64,000 nucleotides of DNA from Guillardia theta CCMP2712 (Eukaryota > Protista > Cryptophyta). A model generated the notes under the pieces. The model was not told where the DNA came from. It did not search any database and was given only the letters and a program-made list of their open reading frames with translations. Location of the stretch: the NCBI RefSeq assembly GCF_000315625.1, contig NW_005434612.1:1-64000 (forward strand). The letters are read 5' to 3'. How positions within the stretch are numbered: position 1 is the first letter of the stretch; the number at the start of each line of letters is the position of its first letter. The translations under genes were made by a program, and so were the position numbers. Positions 1 through 13,926 of the stretch are shown piece after piece.

Positions 1-160
1 TCGCTCGCTTCCTCTTCCTGTGGCAGGTCGGTTTCCCCAGCTGTTCTCTAGCTGCTGACCTGGAGCAGGAGATCGCACGAGCTCCTCTTGCCGCGAACGT
101 TGTCGACATATACAGCCAAGTTCTTGAGGACGGTCAAGGTCAGACCACCGAGGCGAATAA

Positions 161-232
161 GAGGAGAGGAGAGGAGAGGAGAGGAGAGGAGAGGAGAGGA
201 GAGGAGAGGAGAGGAGAGGAGAGGAGAGGAGG
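161..232. repeat. (GAGAG)n microsatellite, probably in an intron of a gene that starts before the window
   Basis: Direct reading of the sequence. Confidence 0.85.
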
Positions 233-406
233 AGAAAGGGGAAACAACAGAGCAGGAAGAGGCAGAAACGTGAGTGACAACAATGCAGGTGATGCTCAAG
301 TATCAAATTTGTTCGGAATGACACGAGTTGAAAAGACTATTCTTTAATTAATAAACGTCTAACACCCTGAGAGCTGCTTTGCATCTCATCTCTTTTCTCA
401 ACCCAC

Positions 407-3400
407 TCACACCTTGTAGTTATTGTTCTCGTCCTCGATGCCTCCCTTTCTCTTCCACTCCTCCATGTCCGGCTTCACATCGGGGAACCAGTTGTACTTG
501 TTCATCGTCCTCACCACCACGATCTTGATGCAGTCCTGAATGAACCACCAGATAATGGAGTAGATCCACACCCACAGCGGCATCGTCTTGTACGTTCCCA
601 GCGCCAGCCCCTTCACTGGCAGCCCGTCCAACTCGCTCTCGGGCCAGAAGGAGGCGAGGAAGGTGGAGATGACGAGGGAGCAAAAGATGGCGAAGAGCAT
701 GGGCTTGCCGGGCTCCACGGTCCAGAAGGGAGAGTCGAGGGCGCGGCAGGAGAAGAGCGTCAAGAAGTCCGCGAGCGCCACGTTGAGGTAGAGCATGGTG
801 ATGATCTTGCCGTACTCCATGGGAGGGATGCCGAGACCAGCGAAGGCTCCGGTGGGGTTGTTGGAGTCAAGCGCCGCCCAGAGGAGGAGGAGCGACGAGG
901 CCGTCGCAATGAGAGCAAGGAGGCCCGAGACGACGAAGAGTCTGGTAAGGTTCCACTGCTCGGGGGTGGTGGAGGGGCTGACCTTGTCGTAGCCGATGGA
1001 GATGAGGGAACCATCGTTGAGCAGGGTGATGAGCATGAGAAGGAGAACAGGAAGCTTGAAGAACTCCGGCCACTCGACGCACGTCTGGGTGCTGCCTGAC
1101 CCGCTGCAGATAGGGAGGACGATGGAGCAACCAGTGTCGAACATCTCTGGGTGGTCGAAGTAGGTTGCGTTCAAGGTGATGCCTTTAGACTGCAAGAAGC
1201 TGTCTGCGGGCCCAGCATATCCCCTCGGGCAATATCCAGTCTGTCGAGGAACGCCCATGTAAACGTTGGAGTAGTTTCCAGTACCGGGGAAGCCGCTGGC
1301 CTTGTAGTACTTGTAGGGAGGGAAGGAGAAGACAGCGATGAAGAAGAAGATGAGGAGCTGAAGGGTGGCCGCGATACGGTAAAGAAGGAAATTCTTCAAC
1401 CTTCCAAAGATCTCTCGGCTGACGATAATGCCGTCCACGACCACGCTCAGTCCCTCTCCCGTCAGCACAATGTCTGCCGCTGCTCTTGCCGCATCTGTAG
1501 CGCCCTGCACAGCAATCCCAACGTCCGCGCGCTTCAAGGCTGGCGCGTCGTTCACTCCGTCTCCCGTCATCCCGACCCTGAAGCCAGCCTTCCTCAGAGT
1601 CTCCACGATGAGGTACTTGTGCTCCGGAAACACTGAGGCAAAGCCGTCCGCGGGACAGATCTTGGTGCCGTACTGCTCAACAAGATCGTCGGGTACTGAC
1701 CCTCCCTCTCCGAGCACTGGAAGACCATCAGCTCCAAAGATTGACGAGCCCATTCCGAGCACGCGTGCAGTCTCCTTCGCGATCACCTGTACACACATGT
1801 CACCATCCCCCCCTGATCCTTCCTCCTCCTCGCTCTCACCAGGTGATCTCCAGTGATCATCTTCACGTACACTCCGTACTTGTTGCACATCTCGATGGTG
1901 TGCTTAGTGTCGGGGCGAGGGGGATCCAGGAAGGTCAAGATCCCAAGCATCCTCCACTTCCCATCCTCGTCGTCCATCCTCGCCAACGCCAGGGATCGGA
2001 TGCCTCGGGTTCCGAGCTCGTGCACCTTGGCGTCTACAAGAGGCTTGATCTCATCCTTGTTGTGGCACATGTTGAGGATCACGTGCGGGGCTCCCTTAGT
2101 CACCCGAAAGATCTTTCCGTCAGGGCCTTGAAGCTTCCCCTCAGTCCTCTTCGTTCGCGGATCGAAGGGAGTGAACTCCAGCTGGGTGTAGGCGTCGCAC
2201 TTGGACAGATCCTGCCCTGACGTCTTCAGTACCATCGTGTCCAGCGCATCGCGAGGAGGCTCCTTCCACTTCGCCGCAAGCGCCGCCTGGAATAGCACCG
2301 TCTCGTACGTCTCCCCGGGGCTGTACGTCGGACAGTCCTCTTGGATCACCATCTACCATAGCACCGTCAGCCACTCGCACTCGCAACCTCGCACAAAGCT
2401 CACCTTGTTCAGCGTCAGCGTTCCGGTCTTGTCCGAGCAGAGCATGTCCATGCCCGCCATCTCCTCGATCGATCCAAGACGAGTCACGATGGCACCGCGA
2501 GCCGACAACTGCCTCGAGCCAAGAGCGAGAGTGGTGGTGGTCACGATCTCAATCGCCAGGGGGATGGAAGCAACCAGAACCACCACGGCAAAGCTCAGCG
2601 ATTGACGAACAATCTCGCCCTGAGAGATTTGGTGTTGCGGAATCTTGGCAGCATTCTTCTTCTTTCCTTCCACAACAAGGTAGATGAAGGCAATGATACA
2701 GAGCGTCAGGGAGAGCACCACAAGAATCAACATGATCCTCATGAGCAGGATCTGAAGGCTTCCAGACTCGTTGCCAACAGACTGAAGCATCTGAGCAGTC
2801 TTGCCGAAGAAAGTGTTCTGACCCGTCGACTCCACGGTGCCCTCAACTTCTCCTCTCACAACGTTGGAGCCGAGCTTGCAAACCTCTCCACGACGGAACT
2901 TCACAGGGAGAGACTCTCCAGTCATCGCAGACTGATCAACCTCGATAACTCCTTCGTTCACATAGCAATCGGCGGGAACGGCAGAGCCAGCAGCGAGAAG
3001 AACGAGGTCGCCGGGGACGAGGAGGGTTGCATCGATGTCTTGCCACTTACCATCTCGTTTAGCAGTTGCAACAGGCTTCAACGAGTCCTTGAGGACCTTG
3101 ACAGCGTCACCAGCCTTGGTGGTCTCGTAGAAGGAGATGCCAGCGTTGGTAAACTGGATGAAGAGGAGGATCGCCATATCAGGATAGTTCCCAATGATGA
3201 GCTCGACCAATGCGGCGATCCAGAGCATGATAGGCATGGGACCAGACAACAGCCTGAGCAGAATCAACCACTTGGGAGTTGTCTTCTCAGTGAGTTCGTT
3301 CTTGCCCCACTTCTTGAGCAGTTCTTCAGCTTCATGGGTAGTCAAGCCATCCTTGGGAGCGGGGGTGAAGTCAACTTTCTCTCCTTCCTCCTCCTCTTCC

Positions 3401-3699
3401 TTAGTTTCCTCCTTGGCAGCTTCGCGAGCTGCATCCTTGGATCGTTTCCGCTGCACCTCCATAGAAATGCGCTGAATGTCCATGGACACTCTCTTGGCAT
3501 GCTGGGCCCTTTCCTCATCATGCTCATGTTCAATACCTCCGAGCTCCACGTCCTTGGGCCGGTCGGTAGAAGGGCGAGAACCTCGGGACCTCCTTCCTGG
3601 TTCGATGGAGCGACGAGAAAACTCCAGAGATTTCCTGGCAAGTTGAAGGATGCCTGGTTCCTCTTCCTTGAAATCACTACCACTGTTGATGAATGGCAT
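407..3699 (-). CDS. PMA1: P-type (P3A) plasma-membrane H+-ATPase, 3 exons (introns about 2353-2403 and 1789-1842)
   Basis: Joined ORFs give TGES, ASIPLAI, CSDKTGTLT (phospho-Asp), KGAP, DPPRPD, MITGD, GMTGDGVNDAPALKRADVGIAV and TM6 LLNDG; the frames are joined by two short GT-AG introns. Confidence 0.95.
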
Positions 3700-4119
3700 T
3701 TTGAAACTTTTCACGAAAGTTTGTTGGTTTAGTCCAACTTCACCTGGGCTCGATTGGGCGGCAAAACAGGATCAGGCCGCTGTTAGGTCTAGGAGACCCG
3801 AGGAAAAAGGAAGAAGACAACGGTGAAATGAAAATAGGCCTTCGAGCAGCAAAGCGCACGAAGGTCAACCAGAGGGTCCCAAACCGCTTGCTCAGAACTG
3901 AAGCAAGGCTGGACAACTTTCGAACCGAACTCCGGGAGGAGGTGGGCGACACGAAGGTCAATCAGAAGGAGAAGAAAGCTAGGGACGAGGGGAAAGGGGT
4001 GACAGTGAAGGAAAGGAGAAGCAGAGAATAGGAGGAGGTGGAGCGGAAGGCTGAGAAGGGAACGGAAGAGGGATGGGACGATGGCTCTGCTTCGGCGGCT
4101 GCGAGCAGGACGATAATCT

Positions 4120-6250
4120 ATTCCCTTTCCCTCTCCACCCCCTCACCCCCTTCTTACCAGTTTTGCACCCCTATCTCCTGTACCACCCCCATGCTTGCGC
4201 GTGCCCCTGATTTCACCCTACCCCCTCTTTCCCTCCGCTTTTTCACCCCCACCTACTCCATCAGTGGACCCCCTGGTTGCTCCTCCCGACTACACCCCTA
4301 TTTTTCATGTTGAATGCACCCGTGACTGTATCACCCTACCCAGTCGGGGCGAGCCTATCTATTGCACTTCCTTGGCCTACCACCCCATACATCAGCATAC
4401 CCCTATCTACCTATCAGCAAACCAGAGCAACCCCACCCCTGTCACCTCACCCATCAAGACTACCCCCCGACAAGTTCAGCCCGACCCACCGAATGACCGA
4501 TCCGCCTCTTGAGCAGGAAGCTACCAACAGGGAGAAATCGGTCATACATTTCCGAATGGGGGTGTTGCGGAAGTTTGTCCTGTCAAATAGCCCTTTGTTC
4601 ATGAAAATTATAGTGATATTTTCTTATGTAAGTTCAATATTTTTCTTTCATATATGAAATTTATACAAGAATTTGTATACTTGTCTGGCCCATCACGAAG
4701 TTTTGCATTGTGCGACTGTCCACTACCCCTGTCACCATGGAAAAACATATGAAATTATGGGGTACTGAGTGTGGGGTCATGCTTTGAGGGGGACCTGACA
4801 TGTGTCACGTTACCTTGAAAGGGGGTCACTACCCTACCCCACTAAAAGCTTATGCTCAGCCACCCCACCCCCTAGCTTCTCCCTGCACGAGCACTTCCCT
4901 CTCGTATTCCCCCTACTACCCCCCCAATTCCTGCAGTGATTCCTCAAATCATACTATCCCAATTCATTCCACCCCTACTATTGATGTGTACATCCCCTCA
5001 AGCCGTCCTCGCACCCCCAACTATACTACCCCACCCCCTTTCATGTGTTCCCCGGACCCTCATCTTGTGGCTGTTCAAAAAGTACCCTACATGAATTAGT
5101 GATTAGAAGGCCATAAGTAGACAGGGGTGCAATTCTCCATGGGGTTCGATTACCCCCCTTTTTTACCCAATCTTTCTTATCTCCCGTCCTTGTCCCCAAA
5201 GCTCCCCCGCCCCTGGTACCTTTCCACGGACTCACAATGATACATTTGCTGATTGGGCAATAATCCAATACAAAAGTCGTGTACTACCCCATTTTGACAA
5301 GTCATAATAAGGGGTAGTATATCAAAAATGAACAAAGGATGACCCTCCAGTGAAACTGCTTTTTTAGTGGAGGCATACACTTCTCACGTCCCCGGTTTAA
5401 TGGGTACTTATGAGTACCCCCACCCCTTATTTGACTATTCTATACCCTAGCCATGCATGCCTTTCAGAAATGGAAAATGACCATCATCACCCCAGGAGAA
5501 CAACGATTTCTGGAGTCTTCCATAGGGTGGGGTGATTGTACCCCACCAACTAGTAGAATCAGGGGTCCCAGTAGCGGTGGTTTGACTACCCCCTGTCGCC
5601 CACATCCCTCGACGATTTCCGCTGGCTCGGATGCCGTACTGTACTGAGGTCTCCCCGTCTGTATCCACACCCACCCTACCAAATACAACCCACCTGTGTC
5701 TGCTGCAAAAGGTCCGACGCCACCCACCCACTACACAACTCACTGGGCCCTACGCCTCCGCACTGAGTGAGACCACCCAACCCAATTCCCTTTTCAATGT
5801 ACGACCCACCCCTATCTGGATATGTTCTGTAAGTACCCCCTCGTTTTCTTCACCAGATACTGCGGCCGCCCGCCCTCGCTCCCATCGACCCACAGCTACC
5901 TTATCTATATGTGAGCGAAAAGCGCCACAATCACACGCCCCTCGAGCGTCTTCCAAGAGGACCTTTCAAGGTACCCCACCACCTTCTCAAAATAGTACCC
6001 TGCTGGATATATGACCCACCCCTGTCCCCCTCTTGTTCAACCACCAACGGCACCTGGCCACGTTCTTTGACGTGCTACCCCACCCACACTTTTCCAGTCA
6101 CGACCCCTATCGCCGTATTGCTGTAGTTTAGCAAACTCAAGATCAGGAAGCTATAATTTTTTTGGGTACCAGAAGGCCTAAAAATGGAAACATTTGTCCC
6201 ATGCCAATATTCTTTGAGGAAGAAAAGATGATAAATATAGCAAAGAAGTC
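4120..6250. other. GGGT/ACCC-rich non-coding block (possible degenerate repeat or TE remnant)
   Basis: No credible ORF; dense TACCC/GGGTA words; same texture at about 9500-9790, 15380-15730, 20400-22070, 48130-48470 and 61260-61400. Confidence 0.55.
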
Positions 6251-7101
6251 CTAAAAACAAACAAAAACAAAAACAAGGCGAAAGATCTTATCTTGACCGA
6301 CGGTCAGCAGCAATCACAGCGACTCAGAGATACGAGTCACATGGGATACCCCCGTGACCGTCCGGTGACCCGGTCGGACCGGACTGAGACGGGGCGGAGT
6401 CCGACTCACAAGTAGGTCAGACCGTCGTGATAGTACCGGGCCATGCCAACTGACAGTGACTCCCGGTAATGCAACGAGTCCGCCCGGTACGGTAGGTCCA
6501 TCTCGCCTTTTACTCACTTGAAGTTAAGTTAAAGATCACTGTACTACGAGCGTGTCGAGTCCATAATGACCGAGTCAGCCTGCGGCAGCACGGTGTGAGC
6601 CCGCGGCCCCGGCCCGCCGGCCGGGCGGCCGGCGGCGAGCCGCGGCACCCGGACTCACCTGAGTCGGACCGTCGACTTGAACCCGGGCCGTTCAACGCTA
6701 ACTGAGTTGCGCAGTGCAGCCTGAGGCCCCCGCTTAAATTGGCCTGCCAATAACCGGGCCGGGACTCGGCCCGGCCCGTACAAACTGGATTCAACGAGTC
6801 AAACCGTCCCCGCCGGGCCCCGGGCCCGCGGCCCACGTCGCGCTCACTGCCGCACGGTGTCCGCCGGGCCGCACTGATCGGAACCGTCCGAACGGACGGG
6901 CCCTCCCGGCGATCAGTCTGTGATCTGACAGTGCCAGCCTCGGACGCCGGCCCGCGTAGGGCCGCCCGGAGTCTCACGGTGCCAGGAGACGCTGAGGCGG
7001 ACTCTCGGAAACCTGCGGCCTGCTCGGAGCGCGCCATTTTCTGCTAGCAGTGGGAGGAAAGGGCAGGGGTCATCGGGGGTCACTTGATAGTAGCAGTCGC
7101 C

Positions 7102-8183
7102 ATGGATGCAGAGAGACTGAAAGGCGAACTTGAAGGCACATCCATCGAAGCCTCGCAGAGCAAGGATAATGAGAGTGTAGCTACCTCACATGACGCAAGA
7201 CTAGAGAAGAAAATAGAAGAGGAGAAACGAAGGAAGCGTAAAGAACTAGCTCGACAACTGCTGAGAGACGAGAAGTTGTTTGCAGGGTGTGCCCTCTCTC
7301 CCATCACTGCCTCCACAAAATCTCACTTCAACCTTGACAAAGAGAATCTTCGCAATGATAGGTTGACATCCGAACAAGTCCGGAACCAACGATCCTCGCC
7401 GAGGCTGAACAAATGCTCTCAACTTCGGATGAGGTCAGCTGAGAGTTTTATTCACAAGTTGGATCAAGCGGAGAAGATCAGGAACGGAGCTGATGAACAA
7501 GAGAGAGAGATGAGCATAGGCTGGACAATAGACGATCAAGGGAGACACATGCCCATCCCTGACTGGCATGAGAAGAGGAAGAAAAAAGATCCCTCACGTG
7601 GAGGAGGGACGAGGGAGCAAAAGAAGAAATCTCCTCCCTGCAAGCCCAGTGAGATTGAGCATGGCTGCAACTCAGACATGGATTGTCGGACAGACAGCAG
7701 AACATCCCAGGCGACCACTCTACAGAGCAAGATGCCTCCAGCCGAAACTTCATATATGGCAGGATCCCAGCATGCAGCAGCAATATTTCACGATCTCGAT
7801 CATGATAGCGATCAGCTGTACCTCACACCCACCAACAGGGTTCTGACTGTTGAGGACTTGGCAGAGCAACAGTATTACAAGTATCTGAGCTCAAGCAAAA
7901 TGCAGCAGGCAAATCAAAAGCTATCTGATAAACAAGTCTTGAACGAAGTGAATCGCAAGTTCTTTTTTGATGGCGACACAGTATGTGATTGTTTCTCACC
8001 TCGATTTGCGATTTTTCTCAAATGCAATCATGCAGAGCGGGACGAGTGCAGTGGATAATGACAGCAGTCGGGCCTCAAGGTCAATGCATTGCTTCCGAAC
8101 GTAACAGAGATGTCAATGCAAAGAAGCCTTATCTAACCCTTCAGCAGGTGTATCAAACTAATGCGGCGCAGACGAAATCTTGA
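7102..8183 (+). CDS. Hypothetical hydrophilic/coiled-coil protein
   Basis: Long ORF of normal composition (MDAERLKGELEG...), with a probable short intron near 7981-8035; no recognisable domain. Confidence 0.6.
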
Positions 8184-8395
8184 TGACGAGCTTTTCGAGT
8201 ACATGTGAGTACTTTACTTGTTGGATGTGATGTTACACTAACTAAGCGTTCAGAATGTCTGAACTCGGCATCGGCCAGGTTTAGGAATTCGGCAATTTTC
8301 TGTGTGATTTCTTTGCATTGTCAACTTTATAGGATTATTCACATATACACAATCATGTTACAGACAGCAGAAAACGGGAACAGCGGGAAAGTAGA

Positions 8396-9152
8396 TCAGA
8401 AGAATCCGACTCGATTCTTCTTCCCAAAGGAAAACTGTGAAGTAGAGGGAGTCTCGATTGCCACAGGCATAACGGGACTCTGAGACTCCTTGCAGGGTGT
8501 AATGGGGGTCTTCATTTCCCTACAGCCTTCATCAGCCACTGTGACATCGATGGGACGATGTTGTATACTCGAACGATGGACACAACAAACTCACCAGTTA
8601 TCACTCATGAACAAGTCGTACGCTCGTCTGGCGTCTTCATCCCCGAGGACCTTGTCATCAGTGTGAGCAACGCCACGGCATGTTGCATGACGATCAACAA
8701 CTGACCTCCCAGGCCTCCCGAACTTCGATGAACCTCTCAGCCTTAAACTTTGACTCCTCGTTGGACACGTTCTCGTTGCATTCTCCCTCACTCTCTTGTG
8801 AGCTGCTCACTCTTGCTGATCTGTATGGCCGTCACTCTTGACTGCAACCAAACCATGGAAGACCACCGGTCTGGATGATACGCGAGCACGAGCGCCTTGT
8901 ACGCTTCCCTGATCTGTATACCTGTGATAAGAACAAGATGACCAGCAGAATGTCCAAAATCACCTCTTCCATGCTTGCATTCGATCCAACACCAAGATCG
9001 CCATAATAGTCAGGTGTCTTGATCTTTGTCAGCACAACGTGACTGACGCAAGATGAGAAACCTTTGACGTCAAAAGCCATGGATACAAGCTTGGATGAAT
9101 CTTCCCTCCCCTCAGTCTCAACACGCCGCCCAACTATTGGAACGATCATCAT
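8396..9152 (-). CDS. J-domain (DnaJ-type) co-chaperone, multi-exon
   Basis: Spliced pieces read PDYYGDLGVGSNASMEE / IREAYKALVLAYHPDR / RFIEVREAWE / VLGDEDARRAYD, a canonical J-domain with HPD; start and stop approximate. Confidence 0.88.
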
Positions 9153-11049
9153 GCACTCGTTGATTCTAAACAAGACAGCATACTGTTGGTTGTTGGGAAT
9201 AATGAGCCGGCGCGCTGCAAACAGAACTATCAATCAAACAAATCTATCAATCAACAGGACATGTGGTGGAAATACACCAGAGTTGCAGCATTAATGAATC
9301 AATAAAGAAACCAGGAAGGTCAACTCACCCTTTTTCTTCTCACCTCAAACTCTCAAACGTCCTATCTATCACTATCTCCTCTTTGCTGTCCTTTTTCTCT
9401 TCTCTTTTTGTTGTTTCTCTCTCCTCCTTTCTTTTCTTCTGCTCTCCTCCTCACTATTCCTCCTCTTCTCTTACCTGGACATCGAAATTGCCAACATCGC
9501 GATCAAGAGCAGTCCCCGCATGTTCACCTTGTATCAAACTACCCTACCCTGTCGTACTATATCACCCCACCCCACTTACTTCATAAATGGACCCCACAAT
9601 TTGACTGTGTATCTACCCCTGTCATCCTAATAATTGTTGATGTACCCACCTATGGCAAATGACTACCCCCGTGATCCCCTTCCCTAGCACGACCTCCAAA
9701 GCACATCAAATTCTGTATTCCATTTGAAATTATTCATCTAAATTTTCAGATATAGATAAACTTTTTCAAATATTTAGCCAATTTGTGGGGTACCTGTAAA
9801 CGTCAGCCTGCAAACAAGCGAAAAAGACTCGAACGTGGCACGGCGCTGCCCCGCGTTGTTTTAATTTCATCACTGGCCATGCCGGGCGGCGGCGGCCGCC
9901 CCGGCGCCGGTCCGCCGGGTCGGGTCGCCCGGCGGCCTGCTGGCGTTCCGAAGTTGCGGCGCCGCCGGCGCATCCGACTCGTTGGAGTTCCGAACTCGAG
10001 TCGGACTGAGTCCACTGTTCAATGTAACGAGTCAAAGCCTCCGTCCGAACGTCACTGGCCAAACGGCGAGAAGAGAAAAGACAGCGAGAACCAAACCTAT
10101 TCCTGCCAACTGCTGTCCCCCAAACTTAACTGATACCTTCACTGGCTGAGTCAGTTGAGTAACGAAGTTAGAACTTGAGTGGGGGTTAGAGTGGCGGGCC
10201 CGCCCGGCCCCGGGCCACTTGACTCAGCCAAAAAAAAAACTTCCCGGGGTAAAGAGGGGGTGGCGATAGAAGGTGGGTTGACGGGGTCATAGAGAGTGGG
10301 AGTCAAGTTTGATGCACTGATAATGCCAAAGTTAGTTAGGAGGGAGGGGGGAGAGGGAGAGACAGAGGGAGAGGAAGAGGAAGAGAGAGACCCTGGGAGA
10401 GGAAGATGAAGAGAGAGACCCTGGGAGAGGAAGAGGAAGAGAGAGACCCTGGGAGAGGGGGAGGGTGAGGGGAGAGGGAGAACCGTGGGAGAGACGAGAG
10501 GGAGAGGGAGAGGGAGGAGGGAGAGGGAGAGGGAGAAAAATAAAAGGGCAGACAGGGGTAGATGTACGGGAGAGGCAGAGGCAGAGGCAGAGGCAGAGGG
10601 AGAGAGAGAGAGAGAGACAGAGGGAGAGGGAGAGGGAGAGGAAGAGGAAGAGGAAGAGGAAGAGGAAGAGGAAGAGGGAGAGACGGAGGGAGAGGGAGAG
10701 GAAGGGGGAGAGGGATAAAAGGGCAGACAGGGGTAGATGGACAGAAACTGAGCCGTTGAGATGACTCAATGGGGGAGTATAGACAGCCTGATAGCCACTG
10801 GGAGGGGGAGAGAGAGTGCTGGAAGGTTGGAGAGGAAAGGGGGTAAAGGCAGGGACAGCAACTAGAAAGAAAGACTGTGAACATACTGTTCGGAGCAGAA
10901 CGTCGTAAGAGGGAACGGTTAGGGAGAGGAGGGGAACGAAGGGGCAGTGCGGGTGTGATTGAAAAATATACGGGATGGAATAATGAGCAAATGAATGTGA
11001 GGGAGCAAGAGGAGGTGACTACGGTGTCAAGGCCTGTGGTTGTTACATG

Positions 11050-13822
11050 CCATGCGCAGATGCAGGCAGATCAGAAGTGGAAACTCCGTCAAATCTGGTC
11101 CAACCTGGATGGCAAAGGCAACGGACAGCTCAGTCAGGACGAATTCATCAGGTGGGCTCAGACTCTTGTGATACTGCAAGCGCTGATCTTCGCCACGTTC
11201 ATACCAGTGGGGTCGAGGACCTGATGCAGAGATGCTTTCATGGTCATGTAGCGGAGGCGGGGAAGGTAGTTGTTGAGGCGAGGAGGAGAGGGAGGGAAGG
11301 GTGAAGAGGCGAAGAGGAGGGAGGAGGAGGAGGAGAAGAGAATGTAAGTGATTCTGCTGATGGAAAGGTGCAATTCGTGTTCGAGGAGATGGACGCGGAT
11401 AGAGATGGTCTGATCGATTATGAACATTTCATCAGGTCAGTTGCTGTGCGAGGAGGAGATGATGGGAGGGTGTGAGCATGAACCTTGGCAGGGCGGTGGA
11501 GAAGGACGAGACTCTTTTGTCTCTCCTCGGGATTTCTCTCGCCAATTACGACAACAACCTGTTCGTCAGGAGAGCCTCGGACTCCTCCTCCCGTCCTCTC
11601 TCTGTCGAGCTTTCAGGGTCTATCAAGGAGGAGGAAGAGGAAGAGGAGGCGGAGGAGGCGGAGGAGGACCAGTTCCATGCTCAGCTCGTGAAGGAAATTG
11701 AGCTCTCTTCGCAGAGGAGGAGAAGGAGGCACACGGGCGAACAGAAAACTACTGAACATGCTCCTGATCGGTTCAAGAGACCAGAGGCTTCCGGTGAACC
11801 GCGGGAGAGGAAGAGGGAGGAGGAGAAGGTCAGGGTCAGCTCCGCTCCTAACTCCCCCCATGGCGCCCGGCCGACCATGGCGCACGTGTACGCTAGCAGC
11901 GCAATGACTCCACTGCGAGACTTGACGTACAAGGGAAGAGGAGGAGACAGAAGGAGAGGGGGCTGGACCCCTCTGCAGCGTAAGAGAATAGCAAGACTGA
12001 TGCTTTCGCATCCTCCTCCTCTCCATGCCCCTCGTCTTGTCTCTCTCCTCCTCGCTCCTCCTTCCTCTTCCTCTTTCCTCTCTCCCATCCCTCCCCTCTT
12101 CATCCCCCTCCCCTCTCTTCTCACCTCCTCTCCACCTCTTGCCCTCACCTCCTTGCAAGTCTTCCCGGCGTCTCGCCCTCTCTTACTCACTCTCCTTTGC
12201 TAGTTCGCGCTGGAGAGAGGAGCGCAATGATATCCTCTCCTGATTCTGCCTGCGCGTCCTTCAACTTCCAGCTGGACAAGATCAGGTGAGAAGAGAGGGA
12301 GGAGGAGGAAGGTTGGGATGCTTGACTCCCTGTGCTACTTCAGGCGAGAACGTAGGATAGTCAATGCGGCCTCGAATAGTCTTGCAAGAGAGCATGCAGG
12401 TAACAAGAAGGGAGGGGAGGAGGAGGGGAAGAAGAAAGAGGAAGACCGGAAAGAAGAAGGGAGAGGCCAAGGGGAAGAAAGCGAGAGGGGGGGAGGAGAT
12501 AGAGGAGGAAGCAGAGCAGGAGAGAGGAGACGAGGAGGGGAAGGTTGCAAGAGCTAGAAGCGTTTCTGGCTGACACAGCCACGGCAGGGGGCGTGCTGGG
12601 GTTGAAGAGGTCAGAATCGCCCAGCACCTACGTCAGGTGATTCCCTTCATCGCACTCGCTTCCTCCTCAACGCCCCCTCCTTTCCCTTCCAGGTTCGGCG
12701 TACCCGAAGCTCACCTGGCTGAACTTTGCGGCCAACTCCCAGCTCCCAGCCCAGCTCCTCCTCCTGCTTTTCGTTTCCTTCAACCCCCTGCTCCCTCCCC
12801 TCTCCGTGTCCCAGCAGCGCTTGGAGCTCCTCCCGCCGCCGAGCCAACTCGACGAGGAGGAGTCGGGATGCTGCTGGACTGGGACAACAAGGTTGACTGA
12901 TCCTGGGGAATGAAGACAAGGGAGGATGGAGAGAGCAAGGGGAGGGGGAAGGGAAGAAGACGGAGGGGGAGAGTTTGGAGGAGAACTGACAGGATGACAA
13001 GGGGACGTTCACCGTGAAGGACCTCGTGAGAGGACACGCAGCAAGCAAGCAGGGGAGCATCGCAAGAGGAGACGAGCTCGTCGCTGTGGACGGAAAGCCG
13101 ATCATGGTGAAGACGGGAGGAGGAGAAGGCAAAAGAGCTGAAAGGAGGAGAGGGAGGGGAAACGAATGGGGATTCGTCAGAAGGAGCTTGCAGAAGACAA
13201 ATTTGAGGAGCAAGGGATAACAATGGAGGAGGAGAAGGAGGGAGAAGGGAGGAGGGAGGGAGGAGGGAGGAGGGAGGAGGGAGGAGACAGGGAGGGAGGG
13301 AGGAGGGAGGAGGAAGCTCTGATGTCTGCGGTAGGGGATGGACCTGGAGGGAGTGGCTGGCCTGCTTGGAGGAGTCGAAGGCTCAGTCGTGACGCTCTCG
13401 ATGATCTCAGCTGCTGCGAGAGCGAGCGGGTCAAAAGTTCCAGGTAGAGCCCAGCTGAGATGAGAAAAAGGGAGAGGAGAGGAGGGGAGAGGTGGGAAGA
13501 GGACAAGACAGGGAGAGGGAGAGGACAGAAACGGAAGAGCATAGCACAGCACAGCAGAGGAGGGTAAGAGGGGACGAGGTGAGCTGATCGGTATCCTAGG
13601 ATATTCCGTGCAGGTGATTCGGCAGGCGATGCCGGAGGGAGGAGGAGGACATGACAAACTCGAGCTGCGAGAGCGGGCAAGCGTCATGTGGACCATCCTC
13701 GATATCGATCGCTGCAACCTCATCTCGTCTCAAGGCTTCCAGCGGTGAAGAGGAGGGAGCAGGAGCAGGAGAAGCATGCCATGGAGGAGCAGGAAGAGCA
13801 GGAGCAGAACACTATCGATGAT

Positions 13823-13888
<66 letters not shown>

Positions 13889-13893
13889 CTAGT

Positions 13894-13926
<33 letters not shown>

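Noticed and set aside
2602-3732. 376-aa plus-strand ORF
   Set aside because: Antisense shadow of the H+-ATPase in GC-rich coding DNA.
5120-5165. tRNA/SINE B-box-like ggttcgatt
   Set aside because: No cloverleaf or A-box could be built around it.
10332-10884. RG-, RE- and LP-repeat ORFs
   Set aside because: Translations of GA-rich simple repeats, with no sign of real coding.
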